Source: Macrostomum lignano (Eukaryota). Taken from it: a stretch of DNA of 64,000 nucleotides. The DNA is taken from positions 62,001-126,000 of the forward strand of contig NIVC01001242.1 in the NCBI GenBank assembly GCA_002269645.1. Direction: 5' to 3'. The stretch's first letter is position 1; each line of letters starts with the position of its first letter. The position numbers and the translations under genes were made by a program. Below, piece by piece: positions 59,501 to 64,000 of the stretch. Under the pieces are notes generated by a model, which did not search any database, was not told where the DNA came from, and saw only the letters and a program-made list of their open reading frames with translations.

Positions 59501-62466
59501 CGCCAAGAGGCTTCGTCAACTCTCAGTTGTATCTCTCTGCCTTAGTCTACCACTTTACCAGATTTCACTCAATCTAGAACAAAACACTGAGGACACTGAC
59601 CGTAGCGAGCAGTCTCGGAGTGGTCGCCGAGTCGCTCGGGTCGCCCAGCAGCAGCAGAAACGATCCTCGAGACAAAGTCACCAGCCTCAGCTCAATCGTC
59701 CACGAGTCTCCGCCATACACACTTGACACACCTGCTGCAGACGCGAAGATCGCTGATGACACGCTGCCGCCCACACCCAGTGAGAACGATGGAAGCTCTA
59801 CGGAGCAGCGCCGGCCTCCAAAGTCCTCAGTGCAGTGGCACACAAAGTCGTTCCACACATCTGAGCACATCGAGCTCGTCTTTGCTTCACAAGGCGACGG
59901 GCTGCCGCACTGTACCGACCGACTGCAGACTCCCCAGGTCGCGTTGCTCGACTCCGCCGTGGTCTCCGTGGCGACCAATGTCGAGTCGTTCGTCACGAGC
60001 CGCAGGTCTCTCACGCAGCCGCGGAAGCCGCCGCCGTCGATGCCGGATCCGCTCTCGCCGCCGACACGAACCGACATTCGACTGTTCGGCTTGAATGAGT
60101 CCGACAGTCCGTCGACCAGCTGTGCTCCAGGCAGCTGACTCACTCCTGACTCACTGCGACTCAATGTCGCACTGCCATTGGTCAGCGAGACCGACAGCGT
60201 CAGCCAATCAGTAGAGGCCAAGCTGTCACTGATTGGCCAAGCGGCTCGACCAATCACAGACGATGAGGCATTGAAGAACAACAGCACGAGACTGGAGTCG
60301 TGAGCGCCGACTCGGATGTCTCCCCAGTGAGACGAGAGCCGGACCAGATCGAAGTGGGCGAGACTCGTGCGGAACGACAGCTCGAAAGTGCAGTCAGCTG
60401 TTTTGCTGGAATTGGTGTTGTCCAGCAAGACGCTGAAGGCCGTGCTTCCGCTGAATGACGCCAGAGTGGTCTCGTTGCACTGCGGTCCAGACCAGCCAGG
60501 CTTCACACGGCTCAACACACAGACACGGAGGAGTGCTTGACGTCACAGCACCCGGCCAGCAAGTCCCGCCATTCTTGCAGTCGCCCTCGCTGCAGGCGGC
60601 TCGCCTCGTCCGCACCAATTCGTTGGCGTCCTCGTGAATCTCTGCAAAACATTTTTGGATAATAAATCAGATTTTTTGGATAGTTTTAGGGTATTCGAAC
60701 ATAAACTGTTAACTCTTCCTATTTTTTCACTACTTTAGCAAACTAATTAAATATTGACAAAACTCAAAGAGCTCTGTAAAGTTACTGTCATTTTGCTGAA
60801 CCCTACTTCAACTAGAGCTCCAATACAAGAGTATGTGTTTGTAGAAATATTCGATTTTATATAAATTTAAATAGAGCATATCCACTGATCACTAAAAATA
60901 CACAGTTTATTATTTTTTCACAGTGCACTTCAAGGCCGCAAAAGTTACACTGCTCAGCCTAAGACTCGATGGCATACAGTAGGTTTGATTTTAACAAACT
61001 TGGCTACAATACAAACACTTGAGCTTTCATGTACTCAGCGTTTTAGTTAACCTTGTTCTGCTTAAAAGATTGACGCAAAACGACTCGCTATGGATTACAT
61101 GGTCGGGGAACAAAGCCAAGAATTCTACATCGCTAAAACCCTATCACAGTATTCTGGGAATCGGTGTTAATAGCACTCACTAGCAATCTAGTGCCCCCCC
61201 CTTCGGGGCGCGCAGAAAGCAAGGGGCAAAAAATATTCATGCAAAACAATTAAAAAGTACATTTTCTTGAGAACCAACTCCTTCTTCAGCTTTATAAATC
61301 AAAATTTGAGTAAAATTGTCACGGACAAAGATGTGTTTGCTATGAATCTTTCTTTTTTTCGAAAATTATTACTAGGAAGACAACAAAATATAGTTTTCAC
61401 AAAAATAGACATCCCCCCTAAAGGCCTAAATAAAAAACATCCCCAAGACAGCAAGCATCTCCCTGATAGCAAGCATCCCCCAGATAGCAAGCATCCCCCA
61501 GATAGCAAGCATCCCCCAGATAGCAAGCATCCCCCAGATAGCAAGCATCCCCCCGATAGCAAGCATCCCCCAGATAGCAAGCATCCCCCCAGATAGCAAG
61601 CATCCCCTAGATAGCAAGCAGCCCCAAATAGCAAGCATCCCCCAGATAGCAAGCATCCCCCCGATAGCAAGCATCCCCCAGATAGCAAGCATCCCCCCAG
61701 ATAGCAAGCATCCCCTAGATAGCAAGCAGCCCCCAAATAGCAAGCATCCCCCCAGATAGCAAGCATTCCCTAGATAGCAAGCAGCCCCCAAATAGCAAGC
61801 ATCCCCCAGATAGCAAGCATCCCCCCAGATAGCAAGCATCCCCCAGATAGCAAGCAGCCCCCAAATAGCAAGCATCCCCCCAGATAGCAAGCATCCCCCA
61901 GATAGCAAGCATCCCCCAGATAGCAAGCATCCCTGGATAGAAAAAATCCCATACATTTAGATACATGTAGACAGTACCCCCCCTCCCAAATAGCAAGTAC
62001 CCCTCCCCCTCGAGAGAAAGCATCAATATTTGCAAGTAGCTAGTAGCACTTATTTCGGCGCCAAAAGCGCTACATTTTAGCGCTTCAGACACTCATTTTA
62101 GCAACGCAGACACTCATTTTACCAACGCAGACACTCATTTTACCAACGCAGACACTCATTTTAGCAACGCGGACACTCATTTCGGCACCATTCGCTAAAA
62201 AAACTAAAAAAATTTCTAGGCGTTTGAATTGCCACAAAGTATGTTTATATGAGCGCATAAAAATGTATATTTGCATTACTGCAGTAAATTGCGAGCATGG
62301 CCTGAAACGCAACATCTTTCATTTCTCTCAAGTTCGGATGCATTTAGAAAACTGGCATAGCAGACTCACCATCTGTTCGTCTGTCACGCAAAACCGAAGC
62401 AGCCACAGCTGCTTGGTGCACAAAAATGAGCAAAATCAGATGCTGCAGCGAACACCACGACAGCAT
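53600..62466 (-). CDS. Gene E: SP, furin site, EGF, LamG, EGF, LamG, EGF, CLERS-EGF, TM, Tyr tail; frameshifted in exon 2 (possible pseudogene)
   Basis: Exons 62370-62466 (MLSWCSLQHLILLIFVHQAAVAAS), 59601-60641, 54667-55196, 54395-54594, 54187-54305 (TM), 54007-54078, 53823-53900, 53600-53737. Exon 2 is 1 nt too long, with a frame break near 60505. Confidence 0.62.
55225..55440 (+). repeat. 5' LTR
   Basis: TG...CA termini, AATAAA, followed by the PBS. Confidence 0.93.
55468..56277 (+). CDS. gag: Gag with CCHC zinc knuckle
   Basis: 269-aa ORF; CYNCHKAGHIARDC. Confidence 0.9.
   Translation: MAEKGLTASAVLPRVFSTGNFKEWLQRFNVCAKVNKWDTCKAERLATFLDGEALVVYLELSAGDQADYDKVVQALDDAFHPNGEHFAVMEAFKSRKILSNETPRMYLYELKKMLKSSSVDNKDAQEALLFHQFVCGLPESVSWQIRADSSVKTSEQALQKAQLMMQHSSPSIPAAAVQPQSSQSSEVQELRDTVQSLQASVSTLSSQLQQLAACGVRTSSTTRPQHRSKSDIICYNCHKAGHIARDCYSRRQPGNARGWGVRARNPGQQ
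56226..56287 (+). promoter_or_regulatory. Predicted -1 ribosomal frameshift signal (G GGA AAC plus H-type pseudoknot)
   Basis: Heptamer 56226-56232 in the gag frame, 7-nt spacer, stem 1 56240-56247/56261-56268, stem 2 56252-56260/56279-56287; protease ORF is in the -1 frame. Confidence 0.8.
56226..59179 (+). pseudogene. pol: Pol (protease, truncated RT, RNase H, integrase) with frameshift and premature stop
   Basis: LLDTGS; GYFQI...KTAF...MPQGL; FFDD; FTDAS...ATEKECLA...TDH; H-x4-H...C-x2-C; AIDI...HSDKG...GNGLAE. Frameshift near 56910, TGA at 57242. Confidence 0.88.
59336..59551 (+). repeat. 3' LTR
   Basis: Preceded by the PPT; terminal base is C instead of A. Confidence 0.93.
61430..61940. 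repeat. 18/19-bp minisatellite (GATAGCAAGCATCCCCCA)
   Basis: Tandem units in gene E intron 1. Confidence 0.92.
62055..62195. repeat. 21-bp minisatellite family copy, inverted
   Basis: acgcagacactcattttagca units are the reverse complement of the 42.4 kb family. Confidence 0.7.
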
Positions 62467-63877
62467 AATTGTATTCGATGATAAACCGTTTTGAGCTGAT
62501 TGCAAAGCTGGGCCAAGGCTCGATTGGAAGTTTTACAGTTTGATATACAGCTGAAAAGGGTTTATGAGGCTAAATATTCACTTTCGTTAACAGCTTCTCC
62601 TAACAAAAAATGCTGCAAGAAGACACGAAGGTATGGTTTTCTAATCAAACTGCTCTTAGCTAACGATCAGATAGCAGAGCTCACTGCGTTTGAAACAAAT
62701 CAACGATTTCCAGCTTTTCTGTAAAAATACTCCAAAAATGGTGGTCAATATTGCGGCTTCTAAACGTTCTTATGGTATTTCAAATTCTATAAACTCAAAC
62801 AAAGGCAAACTTAAATTTAAATATTTTAAGCTTTAAATATTGCTATCCAAGGTTTCTTTAAATGGGTAAAATGTCCTTTTACAATGAAGCTCACAATGTC
62901 TCACAAGCACAACAATCAGTGCTTATTTATACAGCTAAAATAAAAAATACAAAATAATCTGAATAACAACTTAAAATACGAATTGAATGTTTTGATTCGT
63001 GCACACGAGCTTGTATTTCTTGTTGCCTTTGTTGCTGTTGATCTCTGAAAAAATAATAAAATAATTTTGTGTGGGTGAAAAAAAATTATCAGTATATTTA
63101 TACTTAAAGTATCTTGAATAAAACTATTCTAAAGGACAATCAGCCATGATGATAAAACTTATTGAGATTTGTTTATCAGATGAGAATACTGGTACAACGG
63201 TTCGATCACAAAATATTTCAGTATTAGAAATATTAATCGAAACTGCAATTCGTGTATCAAGATATTAGCAGCAGTGCTACTTGTCTAGAAAGAATGATGG
63301 TATACTTTACTCAAAAACTTCAAAAACTAAAAAAATAACAAGGCAACATGATTTTTTAATAAATGGCATTGTTTATTGCGATATGTACAGTTATGAATTT
63401 TCCTGCATCTGCTTCGAACGAGAACGCAGTATTAAAATGACTGCCGTCCTTCGATCCGAGGACCGAAATAATGCTTCATAAAGTCATTAAATTTAACTAC
63501 CAACAAGATGTGGCCAAAGCGACTTGGGTATTGTAGTATAAACACAGATATCATCCAACCGACCACCACAACTACTATCTACAATATGCTCATCACAGTA
63601 CATGGTGATTTTAAAATAGAACAAAAAAGTGCAGGTACGCTCCTAGAAGGTTTTTGTTACTTTTATTTATCCTGTGATGATAAATTGTACAAAAAGCTAC
63701 GTTACTTGACACAGTTCTTTGACCATTTCAACATCCTAATTGGCTCATACAGACTCTACAATCCCAAGTAAAACACAGACATTCACATTCCACAGCTGTC
63801 AAAATATTGAATTAAATTTTTCATTTGGCAAGTCGAAAGAAAGTACGAGATTAATACGAGACTACGAAGAGCCGGAG

Positions 63878-64000
63878 CCTTGCAGACGGCTCCGTTCTGA
63901 CACGGCTGTCCGAACCGCTCGCACTCGTTGATGTCGACTGAGCAGGTCGGGCCCTCGTAGCCGGGAAGGCAGTCGCAGGAAAAGCTCCTGACACCGTCGG
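63878..64000 (-). CDS. Gene F fragment: EGF-coding exon entering from the window edge
   Basis: Minus strand DGVRSFSCDCLPGYEGPTCSVDINECERFGQPCQNGAVCK, near-identical to 8790-8880; homology stops abruptly at about 63878. Confidence 0.7.

Larger units (their letters stand above)
55225..59551 (+). mobile_element. Ty3/Gypsy LTR retrotransposon, 4327 bp, defective RT, antisense in gene E intron 2
   Basis: 216-bp LTRs at 55225-55440 and 59336-59551 differ at 2 positions; PBS TGGTAGCAGAG (55443-55453) complementary to the tRNA-iMet 3' end; PPT GGGGAGGA; TSD ACTT; domain order PR-RT-RH-IN. Confidence 0.95.

Noticed and set aside
61267-62092. DSKHPP / GGCLLS repeat ORFs
   Set aside because: 18/19-bp minisatellite translation in an intron.

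Overview
Eukaryotic (invertebrate animal) genomic DNA. GC-rich exons, AT-rich introns and many intronic minisatellites are reminiscent of the flatworm Macrostomum, but the organism is a guess. Manual GT-AG splice and phase reconstruction shows a head-to-tail cluster of at least 7 paralogous single-pass EGF-receptor-like genes, all on the minus strand (Z partial, A, B, C, D, E, F partial). Gene A (27034-4303, about 1473 aa) has the full Crumbs ectodomain layout (15 EGF, LamG, EGF, LamG, 2 EGF, LamG, EGF, TM) but a non-canonical tail. Genes B-E reuse the same EGF/LamG exon modules in different combinations. C, D and E replace the short Crumbs tail with long disordered tails built from phase-0 exons that mostly carry one tyrosine motif each (YxxP, YxxM, ITIM/ITSM-like). 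Mobile elements: a full-length 5.9 kb APE-RT-RNaseH LINE inside a 27-bp minisatellite; a 4.3 kb Ty3/Gypsy LTR element (99% identical LTRs, tRNA-iMet PBS, predicted -1 frameshift pseudoknot, crippled RT) inside a 73-bp intron; an internally deleted Ginger1-like DNA transposon nested in a LINE fragment; hAT-like MITEs carrying minisatellites; and SINE relics. All gene models were derived by hand without transcript evidence. Several 1-bp homopolymer frameshifts may be assembly errors.
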